In this document: positions 50,373-60,315 of the stretch, piece by piece | How the letters are laid out: each line of letters begins with the position of its first letter | How positions within the stretch are numbered: position 1 is the stretch's first letter | NCBI GenBank assembly: GCA_041694815.1 | Contig: JBGFSC010000018.1 | Location: forward strand, 1-64,000 | Direction: 5' to 3' | Length of the DNA: 64,000 nt | Origin: Elusimicrobiota bacterium | Lineage (GTDB): Bacteria; Elusimicrobiota; Elusimicrobia; UBA1565; JACRDR01 | Position numbers and translations under genes: made by a program | Notes under the pieces: generated by a model | What the model saw: the letters and a program-made list of their open reading frames with translations, nothing else | Database searches by the model: none | Told to the model about the DNA's origin: nothing

Positions 50373-51074
50373 TCAGTACCCAGGCGCGTCCGGAAAGTCC
50401 TCGTCGCGGTGCGGGCGCTTGTCCCGCTCGGAGAGGCGCAGCACCCGCTCGTCCGGATCCGCCGTCCTCAGGAACGGGATCCGGAAGCGCAGGCGCTGGA
50501 GGTACTCCGACTGCTTGCCGGCCATCATCGAGGCGATCGTGTCGGCGTAGAAGCGGCGCGCGTCGGCCACGGTGCGCTTGCCGTCGATGATGTCCTTGGC
50601 GAGGTTCAATGCCAGGAAGTTAGCGGCTTCCTTGTCGCATTTAGCGGAGATCTCCCCGCGGGTGCGGTCGGGATAGACGCTGCCGTCGAACTTCGCCAGG
50701 TCGTCGTAAAACTCCAATGGAACGCGCATCTTCACGAACTGCTCGATGGAGTCCTCATGCGGCATGGGGAAGTTGTGCTTGACGCCCTCGCGGAAGGCGA
50801 TGGTGCGCCGCCAGGGGCCGTTATCCCTCCAGAGGAGGAAGTCGCGGGTGACGATGTCCGGCTGCCCGTACTTGTTGATGATGAGCTCCGCCGCCCGGCG
50901 CTGCTTCTCGGGCCAGGAGTCGATGACGTCCCTCGCCCGGCGCTGCTCGGTGACCTCGGCGCGCCCGACGGCGTCCCTACGTTCGAGGCCTATCGGCTCC
51001 GCGGCGCGGCCGGGCTGGCTTACGAGCGCTAATGCCGCGGCCAATGCCCCGAAGCCCCAACGCATCGTGTTCAT
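50373..51074 (-). CDS. Exported hypothetical protein
   Basis: GGAGG SD, signal peptide, conserved-looking HNFPMPH.D..FDGSV..RT.GE.SA.CD.E.ANFLALNL. Confidence 0.8.
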   Translation of the reverse strand: MNTMRWGFGALAAALALVSQPGRAAEPIGLERRDAVGRAEVTEQRRARDVIDSWPEKQRRAAELIINKYGQPDIVTRDFLLWRDNGPWRRTIAFREGVKHNFPMPHEDSIEQFVKMRVPLEFYDDLAKFDGSVYPDRTRGEISAKCDKEAANFLALNLAKDIIDGKRTVADARRFYADTIASMMAGKQSEYLQRLRFRIPFLRTADPDERVLRLSERDKRPHRDEDFPDAPGY

Positions 51075-51699
51075 AATCCACCTCCGAATGTCGACTTATT
51101 GTATCGTCCGTCGATGGATTTCCGATGACGTCGGTGTAAGGACCGATTGAAAGCTGCAGGCAGGTGCGGGCCGCTTCGCCCGGCACCTGGATCGAAACGA
51201 GCCCGGGGCCGCAGTCGCGCCGGGTAAAGACCCATTGCAGCGAGCCCGCCACGACGAAGCCGAGGAGGCGCGGATCAAGCATGCGCTCGGTGATGGTCCG
51301 ATGGGCCTCCAGGGAGGGAAGCTCGTCGGAGACGAAGGCGTCCCAGCCGGAGGGATAGCGGACGCGCTTGTAGGCATCGGCCTTGACCACCGCGCCGGTC
51401 TCCAAGCGCTGCAGCCAATTGCGGCTGGAGGGGTCGAAGGCCGCGTATCGATCGGAGCGATATAGGCCCAGCTCCTGCGTGTGGTAGAGGATGGCTCGCG
51501 GCCGCCCCCCAGGCTCAAAGAGCAAATGCCCATGGTCGAAGTCCTGGGGATCGCCCAGGTACCGGAATCCCTTGCGATGGGCCGTGTCGGTGAAGCGCTG
51601 CAGCAAAAACTGAATCCGGGTGCGGCTTAAGGGGAACTCCCAGGGTGAATCGGCCCCCACGGCGGCCTTGAGGAGCAACAACAGCAGCGCCAGACGCAC
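50977..51699 (-). CDS. Exported hypothetical protein (3' end overlaps the next gene)
   Basis: GTG start giving signal-like MRLALLLLLLKAAVGA; TACATT lies 6 nt upstream. Confidence 0.6.
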   Translation of the reverse strand: MRLALLLLLLKAAVGADSPWEFPLSRTRIQFLLQRFTDTAHRKGFRYLGDPQDFDHGHLLFEPGGRPRAILYHTQELGLYRSDRYAAFDPSSRNWLQRLETGAVVKADAYKRVRYPSGWDAFVSDELPSLEAHRTITERMLDPRLLGFVVAGSLQWVFTRRDCGPGLVSIQVPGEAARTCLQLSIGPYTDVIGNPSTDDTISRHSEVDYEHDALGLRGIGRGISARKPARPRRGADRPRT

Positions 51700-51739
51700 C
51701 TCCCCAATGTATCTAGCTTCTCGGGGAAAATCTAGAGCG

Positions 51740-52957
51740 TTAGGGTTGGGGTAATTCCACGAGCCACGGTGTTCCCAGCCGCCCGGGCGCCAAGCGCAGC
51801 ACCAGCTTAGTCGCGGGCTGAACATTGTCATAGACAGTGGCGGATACGGGAACCCACCGCCGCCCCGTTCCGGAAGGATGATAGATGAGCAGTTCCATAG
51901 AGCGCTGGTCCTGCCTGAGCCGTTTGGATTCGACGACAGCGACCGCGGAAAAGGCGTCATGGGCAGTTCCGATTCCGTTAAGAGTTGTCAGGAGGCCGAC
52001 GAAAAACATCGGATACCCAATCAGCGCGAAGAGAAGGTAGCTTCCGAGGGCCCGGTGGGAGCCGCTTTTGCCGCGCAGGGAGAAAAACAGCGCTGCCCCG
52101 TAAGCCGCAAATAGCGAGGCCGCCATTCTCAGGCCAAGGCGGTTTAAGCTCGAGTCGATCGGAGGGTAACGCCCTCCCCAGTAAAACAGGCCGAACCCCA
52201 GCAGCATCGAAACCGCGCTCGCGGCGACCCAGGCTTTGAGGAAAGGATTCGGAATCAGCGCGATAGAGAGATAGACGTCCTGCGCCAGAACGGGACGCAA
52301 GGACGCGGACTCGGGTGGAGGAGGAGGTTCCGATTGCCTGGAGCCTTTTAACGGCGCCAATACGGCGGCCATTCGGCCCAGCAACATCTCCATTTCCGCC
52401 GGCTCGAAGTAACGACTCCAGTCCCGTTGCTCCGGAATACGGAGGGCCAGTCCGTCTGCGTTCACGGTCAGCGACGCGCCGCGGATCTCGAGCAACGAGA
52501 GGATATGCTCGCGCAGCGACGCGTCCGAGAGCAAAAGGCCTATTTTCGCGTCGTCTCCCGACTCGACGTACACCGACTCATCGAAAAGCGGATCGCCGCT
52601 CTGCGCTTCGCGGCTTAAACCAGAGAGCTTGGCCAGGCGATGCAGGGCTCCTTCTTTGGAAAAAGTGGTCTCGGGCAGGTTGGCTCGTAAAGGCTGCTGG
52701 ATACCCAGTACGAGCGCATCACTTTCAGCGTCGCCGCCGACATCATAATCTATGGAAATCAAGTGTTCCTTCCAGCGCCCGTTCAAGGCCCAGCGTCGCG
52801 AGTCCCACGCCAGGGCCAGCCGCTCGCCTAAAGCCTTCATCCGTTTTTCTGGAGTCTTGGTCGCGCAGAAGAAATAAACCAGCGCAGCGCCTAATCCTCC
52901 CGTCAAAACGAGGAGGGGGATAAGGAGATCGGGCTCGAGCCAATACGAGGGGATCAT
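51740..52957 (-). CDS. Hypothetical membrane protein
   Basis: N-terminal TM, soluble domain with SGDPLFD..VYV, three C-terminal TMs. Confidence 0.7.
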   Translation of the reverse strand: MIPSYWLEPDLLIPLLVLTGGLGAALVYFFCATKTPEKRMKALGERLALAWDSRRWALNGRWKEHLISIDYDVGGDAESDALVLGIQQPLRANLPETTFSKEGALHRLAKLSGLSREAQSGDPLFDESVYVESGDDAKIGLLLSDASLREHILSLLEIRGASLTVNADGLALRIPEQRDWSRYFEPAEMEMLLGRMAAVLAPLKGSRQSEPPPPPESASLRPVLAQDVYLSIALIPNPFLKAWVAASAVSMLLGFGLFYWGGRYPPIDSSLNRLGLRMAASLFAAYGAALFFSLRGKSGSHRALGSYLLFALIGYPMFFVGLLTTLNGIGTAHDAFSAVAVVESKRLRQDQRSMELLIYHPSGTGRRWVPVSATVYDNVQPATKLVLRLAPGRLGTPWLVELPQP

Positions 52958-53031
52958 CCGGGAGATATCTCGTTTATAGCAGCCGGGAGGATTTGGCGCC
53001 AGGCGTTTATAAATAATGCATAATCGAGCAG

Positions 53032-54075
53032 GTGAACCAGCATCGTTCAGGCGCGCGGTTTTTGGCGGCCTGCCGGCGCGAACGCGTCGACGCGACGCCG
53101 GTATGGTTCATGCGCCAGGCGGGGCGTTACCTGCCCGAGTACCGCCGCATCCGCGAGAAGAACACGCTGCTCGAGATGTGCGAGCGCCCCGAGCTTGCCG
53201 CCGAGGTGACGTTGCAGCCGCTGAGGCGCTTCGATCTCGACGCGGCGATACTCTTCGCCGACATACTGCTACCCGCTCGGGCGATGGGCGTCAAGCTGGA
53301 GTTCAAGAAGGGCGAGGGCCCCGTGCTTACCCCGCCGGTGCGCGGCGCCGCGGCGATAGGGCGCCTGCGCGAGTTCGAGCCGCGCGAGGAACTCTCCTTC
53401 GTTCTCGAGGCGCTGCGGCTCATCCGCCGCGAATTGGACAAGCCGGGGGCCCCGGCGCTCATCGGCTTCGCCGGAGCACCCTTTACCGTGGCCTCCTACC
53501 TCGTCGAGGGAGGCCCCTCCGACCATTACCTGCGCACCAAGGGCCTGATGCACGGCGAGCCCAGGCTTTGGGGAAAACTCATGGGAAAGCTCTCGCGCGT
53601 CACGATCGCCTACCTCTCGGCCCAGGTCGAGGCGGGAGCCCAGGCCGTGCAGCTCTTCGACAGTTGGGCTGGGGCGCTTTCCCCCGAGGATTACCGGCGG
53701 TTCGTCCTGCCGCATTCGAGGGCGGTGATATCCGCCTTGAAAAGGAAAGGGATTCCCGTGATCCATTTCGGAACGGGCAACTCCGGGTTCATCGAGGATT
53801 TCTCCGCCGGCGCGGACGTAGTCGGGATCGATTGGCGCCTGCCGCTGGATGCAGCCTGGAGACGGCTGGGACCTGTCGCCGTACAGGGCAACCTGGACCC
53901 CGCGCTGCTATTTGCCCCCAAGGACGAGCTCAAGGCGGCGGTGCGGGGCGTTTTGCGCCGCGCGAGAGGAAGGCGAGGCCATATCTTCAACCTCGGGCAT
54001 GGGATATTGCCCGGCACTCCTCCGGAAAGCGTCCGCGCCGTGGCGGATTGGGTGCACGGGATGGACGAACGATGA
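53032..54075 (+). CDS. hemE: Uroporphyrinogen decarboxylase
   Basis: PVWFMRQAGRYLPEY, AAILFADIL, QLFDSW, QGNLDP, IFNLGHGI. Confidence 0.97.
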   Translation: MNQHRSGARFLAACRRERVDATPVWFMRQAGRYLPEYRRIREKNTLLEMCERPELAAEVTLQPLRRFDLDAAILFADILLPARAMGVKLEFKKGEGPVLTPPVRGAAAIGRLREFEPREELSFVLEALRLIRRELDKPGAPALIGFAGAPFTVASYLVEGGPSDHYLRTKGLMHGEPRLWGKLMGKLSRVTIAYLSAQVEAGAQAVQLFDSWAGALSPEDYRRFVLPHSRAVISALKRKGIPVIHFGTGNSGFIEDFSAGADVVGIDWRLPLDAAWRRLGPVAVQGNLDPALLFAPKDELKAAVRGVLRRARGRRGHIFNLGHGILPGTPPESVRAVADWVHGMDER

Positions 54076-55001
54076 ACGCGGACACCGCGGTGCTGCTCAT
54101 GGCCTACGGGGCGGCCTCTAGCCTCGAGGACATCCCCGCCTACCTGGAGGATATACGGGGAGGAAGGCCTGCGGACGACAAGCTCGTCGCGGAGGTGCGC
54201 GAGCGCTACCGCAGGATCGGGGGCTCGCCTCTTCTAGACATCACGCGCGCGCAGGCCTCCGCCCTGCAGCGCAAGCTAGGCTGCAGGGTGTACGTCGGCA
54301 TGCGGCACTCCCCGCCCACCATACTCGAGGCGGCGCGCAAGATGAAGCAGGAGGGAGTCCGGCAAGTCGTGGCCATGCCGTTGACGCCCTATTTCTCGGC
54401 GTTAAGCTCGGGAGCCTATTTCGCCTCGCTCGATCGCGCCGCGCGCGAGCTCGGCGCGGGGTGGAGGACGGCCAAGGTCGAGTCCTGGCATCTGCAGCCC
54501 TCGCTGATCGAGGCCTTCGGCCTGAAGATCCAGGAGGCGCTTCGCCGCATCCCGCAGTCGGAACGGGCCAACGTGGCGGTGCTATTTACGGCGCACAGCT
54601 TGCCCAGGCGCATACTCAAGGACAACGACCCCTATCCGCGGCAGCTTTCCGAGACGGTTGCCGCCGTCGCCCGTCGCGCGGGGCTTTCCGATTGGAGATT
54701 CGCCTACCAAAGCCAGGGTCGGACTCCCGAGCCGTGGCTCGGGCCAGAAGCCGGCGAGATCCTCGAACAGATTGCCTCCGAGGGGCGAAAAGGCGTGGTC
54801 TTGGCTCCTATCGGCTTCATCAGCGACCATATGGAAACGCTTTACGACGACGATATCCTCTACCGCGGCAAGGCCGAGGAGCTGGGCCTGCGCTACGTGC
54901 GAGCGGCCTCGCTCAACGACGATCCGGGCCTTGTCGCGGCAATGGCGGCGGCTATTTTGGAGAAGATGAAGGGAACTTTCGCGCGGGCTCGATCGTACTA
55001 G
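54072..55001 (+). CDS. hemH: Ferrochelatase (probably coproporphyrin-type)
   Basis: LLMAYG, RYRRIGGSPL, FTAHSLP, YQSQG..PWLGP, GFISDHMETLYD. Confidence 0.95.
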   Translation: MNADTAVLLMAYGAASSLEDIPAYLEDIRGGRPADDKLVAEVRERYRRIGGSPLLDITRAQASALQRKLGCRVYVGMRHSPPTILEAARKMKQEGVRQVVAMPLTPYFSALSSGAYFASLDRAARELGAGWRTAKVESWHLQPSLIEAFGLKIQEALRRIPQSERANVAVLFTAHSLPRRILKDNDPYPRQLSETVAAVARRAGLSDWRFAYQSQGRTPEPWLGPEAGEILEQIASEGRKGVVLAPIGFISDHMETLYDDDILYRGKAEELGLRYVRAASLNDDPGLVAAMAAAILEKMKGTFARARSY

Positions 55002-55028
55002 TGGCGGCCCCAAGGGCCGGGAGGTACG

Positions 55029-55145
55029 ATGATCACCCGCTGCGATATCTGTAATGAGAGAAGGATCGTTCGAGCTTCGGACCAATACCGTTTCTGCCTC
55101 TACTGCAAGAGGCGTTCCTCGGAGCGGTCCATCCGCTGGCGTTAA
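55029..55145 (+). CDS. 38-aa CxxC-x14-CxxC small protein (not in ORF track)
   Basis: GGGAGGT SD; MITRCDICNERRIVRASDQYRFCLYCKRRSSERSIRWR*; stop lies 3 nt before the hemY ATG. Confidence 0.6.
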   Translation: MITRCDICNERRIVRASDQYRFCLYCKRRSSERSIRWR

Positions 55146-55148
55146 CTC

Positions 55149-56528
55149 ATGAGGCGCGTCGTCGTGGTCGGGGGAGGCGTCGCTGGGCTTTCCGCCGGCT
55201 ACCGCCTGCTCCGGCTGCGCGAGGAGAGGCGCCTTGATTTGGAGGTCGTCGTCTTGGAGGCCCTGGGTCGCGCCGGAGGCAAGATACTCAGCGAGCGCGC
55301 CGGCGGCGTCCTATTCGAGGGAGGCCCGGACTCCTTCGTCACAGCGAAGCCCGAGGCCCTGACGCTCATCCGGGAGCTTGGCTTGGGGCCGCGGCTGCTG
55401 ACCGCCGACCGTAAGCATCCGGACGTATACGTATTCGCGCGTGGGAAGCTCCGAAGGCTTCCCGAGGGCCTTATGCTGATGGCGCCCAGTCGCTGGCTGC
55501 CGTTTTTGGCGTCGGATATACTGACCTGGCGGGGAAAATTGAGGGTGGCGATCGAGCCATGGATTCCTCGCGGGCAGGCGCGCGACGAGTCTCTGGCGGA
55601 TTTCACCCGGCGCCGCCTGGGCGCCGAGGCCCTGGAAATACTGGTCGATCCCGTCATGGCCGGCATCTACGCCGGCGACCCGGAGCGGCTGAGCCTGCGC
55701 AGCAGCTTCCCCCAAATCGCCGAGATGGAGGCAAAATCCGGCAGCGTCACCCTCGCCATGCGCCGAGCCGCCCCCAAGCTTCCGATGCCTAAGGGACAGA
55801 CGATGTTCATGAGCTTGGCCGGCGGGCTCGAGGAGTTGTCTTGCGCCCTCGCGGAAAAGATAGGCCCAGCCCTCCGGCTGAATTCGCCGGTATCGTCGAT
55901 CATGATGTCGGGCGGGCGCTACCGCATCGTTTGCGGCCAGCAGCAGCCCGTCGAGGCCGACGCCATGATCCTCGCCTCCCCGGCGGACAAGACGGCCTCC
56001 TTCGTGGAGGGGTTCGACGCGGAGTTGGCCTGCGAGCTCCGGCGGATCCCCTTCGCCTCCTCGGCCACTCTCTCGCTGCTCTACGATGCCGAGGCGGCGA
56101 AAGGCCTGCCTCCGGGGTTCGGCTTCGTCGTCGCGCGCGGCGAGGGCAAGAGCATCAGCGCCGCGACCTTCACCTCATGGAAATTCCCGGCGAGGACTCC
56201 TCCCGATCGCTTCCTGATCCGTTGCTTTTTGGGAGGAGCCGGGAGAGAGGAGGCGGCGTTGCGCGCGGACGCCGAACTGGTTAAGGCCGCCAAGGCCGAC
56301 CTTCGGGAGATCATCGGCCTTCGCGCCGAAGCGCTTTCGCATCGGCTCTACCGCTGGACTCGCGCCAATCCCCAGTACAACGTCGGACACGCCGACTTGA
56401 TCGGCCGCATCGAGCGGCGGCTCGAGCGATACCCGCAAGCGGTGCTCGCTGGAGCGTCCTATTACGGCGTGGGCATCCCGGATTGCATCCGCTCCGGATT
56501 TTCGGCGGCTGAAAAAGTCCTTTCTTAA
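55149..56528 (+). CDS. hemY: HemY-type proto/coproporphyrinogen oxidase
   Basis: VVGGGVAGL, GGKI, EGGPDSF, GIYAGDP..LS, SWKFP.R, PQYNVGH, GVGIPDCI. Confidence 0.94.
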   Translation: MRRVVVVGGGVAGLSAGYRLLRLREERRLDLEVVVLEALGRAGGKILSERAGGVLFEGGPDSFVTAKPEALTLIRELGLGPRLLTADRKHPDVYVFARGKLRRLPEGLMLMAPSRWLPFLASDILTWRGKLRVAIEPWIPRGQARDESLADFTRRRLGAEALEILVDPVMAGIYAGDPERLSLRSSFPQIAEMEAKSGSVTLAMRRAAPKLPMPKGQTMFMSLAGGLEELSCALAEKIGPALRLNSPVSSIMMSGGRYRIVCGQQQPVEADAMILASPADKTASFVEGFDAELACELRRIPFASSATLSLLYDAEAAKGLPPGFGFVVARGEGKSISAATFTSWKFPARTPPDRFLIRCFLGGAGREEAALRADAELVKAAKADLREIIGLRAEALSHRLYRWTRANPQYNVGHADLIGRIERRLERYPQAVLAGASYYGVGIPDCIRSGFSAAEKVLS

Positions 56529-56558
56529 CGAACAGCGCTAGCTTGGGAATAGACATTT

Positions 56559-56594
56559 ACGCGCCCGAGGCGCGTAAAAACTGTCGTTTATTCA
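56559..56594 (-). repeat. Third copy of the ACGCGC-hairpin REP-like unit
   Basis: Reverse complement TGAATAAACGACAGTTTTTACGCGCCTCGGGCGCGT, 29/36 identical to 29981-30016. Confidence 0.8.
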
Positions 56595-56685
56595 GATTAC
56601 TACAGAACCCAGGTCCAAGGGCCCAGCAATACTTAGGCCCCGCGGGCCTGTTTCTATTTACGACACCCGAATTACAATAACGCCC

Positions 56686-59187
56686 ATGAACAAAAACGCT
56701 CTCGCCGCTTTGCTTTCCATCGCGCTGGCCACCTCCGCGAGGTCCGGCGAGTGGACCGTCGATCCCTTCGGCCCGCTCGAGGAAGGGATAGAGCAGGTCA
56801 AGAACGATCTCTCCCTCCAATTCAACGAGGAGGAGCTTTTCGCGATCACGAGCAGTAGCGGGAGAAAACCCTTGCTGTGGCTGCGCCCGAACCAGCTTGA
56901 GAAGGCCTATCTATTCAGCGCCACCATGGAGAAGGGCCTTGGAGAAAGGGGATTCTACTCGGCCGGAATGATGGACACCTTCGTCTTCTATTTCCATTGG
57001 AACGGACAGAGAGTGCAGATGATCCGCAAGGGCACCGCCTTCCGCGCGGAGCCCGGAAGCCCGGAGTCCAGGGCCATCGACAACTCCTTCCCGGATTCGA
57101 TACTCGCGAGCCTGCCGGTCGTATCCAGCGACGCCGCGCGCGGAGCCTTCGCGATCCCGGTTGAGCCTCTCTTTATGCAGGACCTGCTCGGCCTCGGCGC
57201 TTATTTGAAGGAAGGCCCGCTGCCCGCCGGCGTTTCCCCGGAGCACAGCTCCGTACGGAGGATCAGGTCCTTCGAGAAGAACACCGAGGTGCAGGTGCAG
57301 CTGGTTTTCGCTAGCGCCCAACCGGCCGGCTCGGCGGTCTTAGAGGACGCGCGCCTATTGCCCGTGACGCTCCATTACAGCATCACCGAGCTCCCGCAGA
57401 ACCCGTCCTACGAGCCTCGCGCCGCCGACGCGCGCGTCGGCTATTTCGTTACCTCTTACAAGGACTACAGCAGCAAAAAACTTAGGGAGAAGGTGAATCC
57501 CGTCGTCCATCTCATCAATCGCTGGCATTTGGAGAAGAAGGACCCTTCGAAGAAAATCTCGGACGTGAAGAATCCGGTGGTGTTCTGGATGGAGGGCACC
57601 ATCCCGAAGCAGTACCGTCCGGCGATACGCAAGGGAATACTCGCCTGGAATGCCGCCTTCCGCGCGCTGGGTTTTCGAAACGCGATCGTGGTCAAGGAGG
57701 TCGACAAGGATATGCCAGCGCAGGAGAGGGCCTCCTTCGACCCCGCCAATGCGGCCTACAATGTCGTGCGCTGGTTCATGGGGACCGATGCGGGGTTCGC
57801 TCAAGGCCCCTCCCGTGCCAATCCCTTCACCGGTGAGATATTCAACGCTACGGTCCGTATCGCCGACGTGATAGGCCGCTTCATGGGCGAGGAGCGGCTG
57901 GCGGCGGTATATCCGCGTTCAAAGTCAAAGCCGCGCTCCGAGGATGAGTATTTGTCGCGGGCCGTTGAGCAGGCCGCCGCGAGCCTGGCCGCCTTAAAGG
58001 CGCAGGGAAGGCTTAACGCGAAAGAGAAGAAGCGTTTTATGGATCAGTTCGTGGCCCATGTGATGGCGCATGAGATCGGTCACAATCTCGGCCTGCGCCA
58101 TAATTTCAAGGCCAGCCTCGTCTTCGACCCTAAGGATCCAGACGGGCGCTCGGGCTCGGTGATGGATTATCTGCCGGCCAATATCGCCGCTAAAGGGGAA
58201 AAACAGGGAGCCTATTACCAGACCAAGCTCGGTCCTTACGATTATTGGGCCATCGAGTACGGCTACAAGCCAGCATCACGCCGCCAATTAGAAAGAATTG
58301 CCCGCAGGTCAGAGAAGGATTCTCGGCTGGCCTATGGGACGGATGAGGATACCGACTTAGATTTGGATCCGGATTCCCAACGCTGGGGCCTCGGATCGGA
58401 CCACGTCGACTTCGCTGCCCAAAGGATCGCCTTGGTCAAAGACCTTTGGAAAAACCTCGAGCAGCGCGCTGAGTTGGGTAAGGATAAGCCGGAGGAGCTG
58501 AGGCATAGCTTCCTGGTCGGCTTCAGCAGTTATTACAACGCCGTCGAGCAGCTTTTGCCTCTCATCGGCGGGGTGCGCAATTCGCGCGGCCGTCTGACCC
58601 CGGAAAAAAAATCGTTTGAGCCCGTTCCGGCTTCCGAACAATACCGTGCCCTCGAACTCATCGACGAACAAGTTTTTTCCGCTCGACCCTTTCAGCTCTC
58701 GCCGGTGCTTTTAAGAAGCATGGGGATCGACAGGACCGGATTTGAATGGAAACCGAACAGGCCGTTGCCGCTGGGTGAAATGGCCCTGGACCTGCGCCGC
58801 ATGGTGCTCGCGGAGCTCTACGATCCGGAGCGGCTGGTCCGTCTCTCCGAGAACGCATCTTTGAGCGCGAAGCCTTCCGAGTCCCTGTCGATCGCGGAAC
58901 TTTTCTCCAAGGTGCGCGGTTCGATTTGGAAGGAGCTCTCCGGCTCCCGAGCGATCGACCCTTCCCGCCGCGAGCTGCAGCGCGAACATCTCGCCGTCTT
59001 GATCGAGACGCTGGAAGCTCCGGAGCCGGGAGACGCGGGCGCTGCCGCCCGTGCCGATCTGCTCAAGCTTTCTTCCAAGATCGCCCGCCGCCTGGCGGCC
59101 GGTGGGCTGGACGCGGCGAGCCGTTCGCATTTGAAGGACGTCCAGGAGCGCATCCGGAGCGCCCTGAAGCCTTCCGTCGGCGCCTAA
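56686..59187 (+). CDS. Exported zinc metalloprotease (DUF5117/DUF4953, EcxA-like)
   Basis: Signal peptide, D.RVGYF, INRWHL, HEIGHNLGLRHNFKAS, Met-turn SVMDY, GPYDYWAIEYGY. Confidence 0.92.
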   Translation: MNKNALAALLSIALATSARSGEWTVDPFGPLEEGIEQVKNDLSLQFNEEELFAITSSSGRKPLLWLRPNQLEKAYLFSATMEKGLGERGFYSAGMMDTFVFYFHWNGQRVQMIRKGTAFRAEPGSPESRAIDNSFPDSILASLPVVSSDAARGAFAIPVEPLFMQDLLGLGAYLKEGPLPAGVSPEHSSVRRIRSFEKNTEVQVQLVFASAQPAGSAVLEDARLLPVTLHYSITELPQNPSYEPRAADARVGYFVTSYKDYSSKKLREKVNPVVHLINRWHLEKKDPSKKISDVKNPVVFWMEGTIPKQYRPAIRKGILAWNAAFRALGFRNAIVVKEVDKDMPAQERASFDPANAAYNVVRWFMGTDAGFAQGPSRANPFTGEIFNATVRIADVIGRFMGEERLAAVYPRSKSKPRSEDEYLSRAVEQAAASLAALKAQGRLNAKEKKRFMDQFVAHVMAHEIGHNLGLRHNFKASLVFDPKDPDGRSGSVMDYLPANIAAKGEKQGAYYQTKLGPYDYWAIEYGYKPASRRQLERIARRSEKDSRLAYGTDEDTDLDLDPDSQRWGLGSDHVDFAAQRIALVKDLWKNLEQRAELGKDKPEELRHSFLVGFSSYYNAVEQLLPLIGGVRNSRGRLTPEKKSFEPVPASEQYRALELIDEQVFSARPFQLSPVLLRSMGIDRTGFEWKPNRPLPLGEMALDLRRMVLAELYDPERLVRLSENASLSAKPSESLSIAELFSKVRGSIWKELSGSRAIDPSRRELQREHLAVLIETLEAPEPGDAGAAARADLLKLSSKIARRLAAGGLDAASRSHLKDVQERIRSALKPSVGA

Positions 59188-59214
59188 CTCTCGCAATTAG
59201 AGTATAATACGCGC

Positions 59215-59481
59215 ATGGCTTCGGCGCGCTGGAGCGTGTACATGCTCTATTGCGGCGACGGCAGCCTCTACACCGGCGTTACGACCGACGTGGAGTCCAG
59301 GCTGCGGGTGCACAACAACGGCAAGGGCGGAGCCTACACCCGCTCCCATCGGCCGGTCCGGCTTTTATACCAGGAGAACGGCTACTCCCGGCGGCAGGCC
59401 CTGCGGCGCGAGGCCGAGATCAAGCGGCTGAGCCGCCCGGAAAAGGAAAAATTTCTTCTCAGCGTCGCGCCGGGCTCATGA
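59215..59481 (+). CDS. GIY-YIG nuclease (YhbQ/UPF0213-like)
   Basis: VYML.C.DGSLYTG.T.D..RL..HN.GKG.AYTR, A..RE..IK. Confidence 0.92.
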   Translation: MASARWSVYMLYCGDGSLYTGVTTDVESRLRVHNNGKGGAYTRSHRPVRLLYQENGYSRRQALRREAEIKRLSRPEKEKFLLSVAPGS

Positions 59482-59488
59482 GCCCATT

Positions 59489-59677
59489 ATGGAACTTAGA
59501 GAAGTCGAGATCGACTGCCCCTATTGCGGTGAGACCATCTGCGTCATGGTGGATCCGATCTCCGGAGAGGAGTCTTATACCGAAGACTGCTCCGTCTGCT
59601 GCCGCCCTATGCTTCTGTCCGTAGAGGCGACCGAGGACGGCGAGCCCGCCGTCTCGGCGCGGCGCGAGGAGGATTGA
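59489..59677 (+). CDS. CPXCG-motif cysteine-rich protein
   Basis: CPYCGE..Y.EDCSVCCRP. Confidence 0.88.
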   Translation: MELREVEIDCPYCGETICVMVDPISGEESYTEDCSVCCRPMLLSVEATEDGEPAVSARREED

Positions 59678-60315
59678 TGGATATCTCCAGTGATTTTGCC
59701 AAGCTCCTCGTCGCCTTCTGCCTGGGCACGGCGATCGGCTTGGAGCGCGAGATCAGCGACAAGCCGGCGGGCCTAAGGACCAACGTGCTCATCTGCCTCG
59801 GCTCGACCTTGTTCACGCTCTTGTCGACCAAATGGGAGGCGATGGGCGGCGTTCGGGACGCGCATGTCGCGGCCCAGATCGTCACCGGCATCGGCTTCAT
59901 CGGCGCCGGCTCCATCATGCGCGAGGGCGAGCATGTCACGGGGCTGACCACCGCGGCGACCATTTGGATGGTGGCGGCCATCGGCATGGCGGTGGGAATG
60001 GGCTACGGCCACCTGGCGGCGGCGGCGACGATCACGGCGCTGGTCGTCCAAGTGGGGCTTACCCGGATGGACATGCTCGTCGACCTCATGCGCCGCCGGC
60101 ACACCTTCCGCATCATCTCCGACCCGGACGAGCACGCCATCGACACGATCGCGCGGATACTCAAGACCAACGAGATCCGCGTCATGCACCACAAGGTGAT
60201 GAAGAAGAACAACCTCTATCACAGCGAATGGTGGACCAGCGGCACCCAGGCCGGGCAGGCGCACGCGGCCAAGCAGCTGCTCAAGTCCGACAAGGTGATG
60301 GAGGTCACGTATTAA
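59677..60315 (+). CDS. MgtC/SapB family membrane protein
   Basis: IGLERE..KPAGLRT, AAQIVTGIGFIGAG, GLTTAATIW. Confidence 0.93.
   Translation: MDISSDFAKLLVAFCLGTAIGLEREISDKPAGLRTNVLICLGSTLFTLLSTKWEAMGGVRDAHVAAQIVTGIGFIGAGSIMREGEHVTGLTTAATIWMVAAIGMAVGMGYGHLAAAATITALVVQVGLTRMDMLVDLMRRRHTFRIISDPDEHAIDTIARILKTNEIRVMHHKVMKKNNLYHSEWWTSGTQAGQAHAAKQLLKSDKVMEVTY

Noticed and set aside
53016..55001. 661-aa ORF suggesting a long ferrochelatase fusion
   Set aside because: Its first ~350 codons are an alternate frame over hemE; the real start is ATG 54072.
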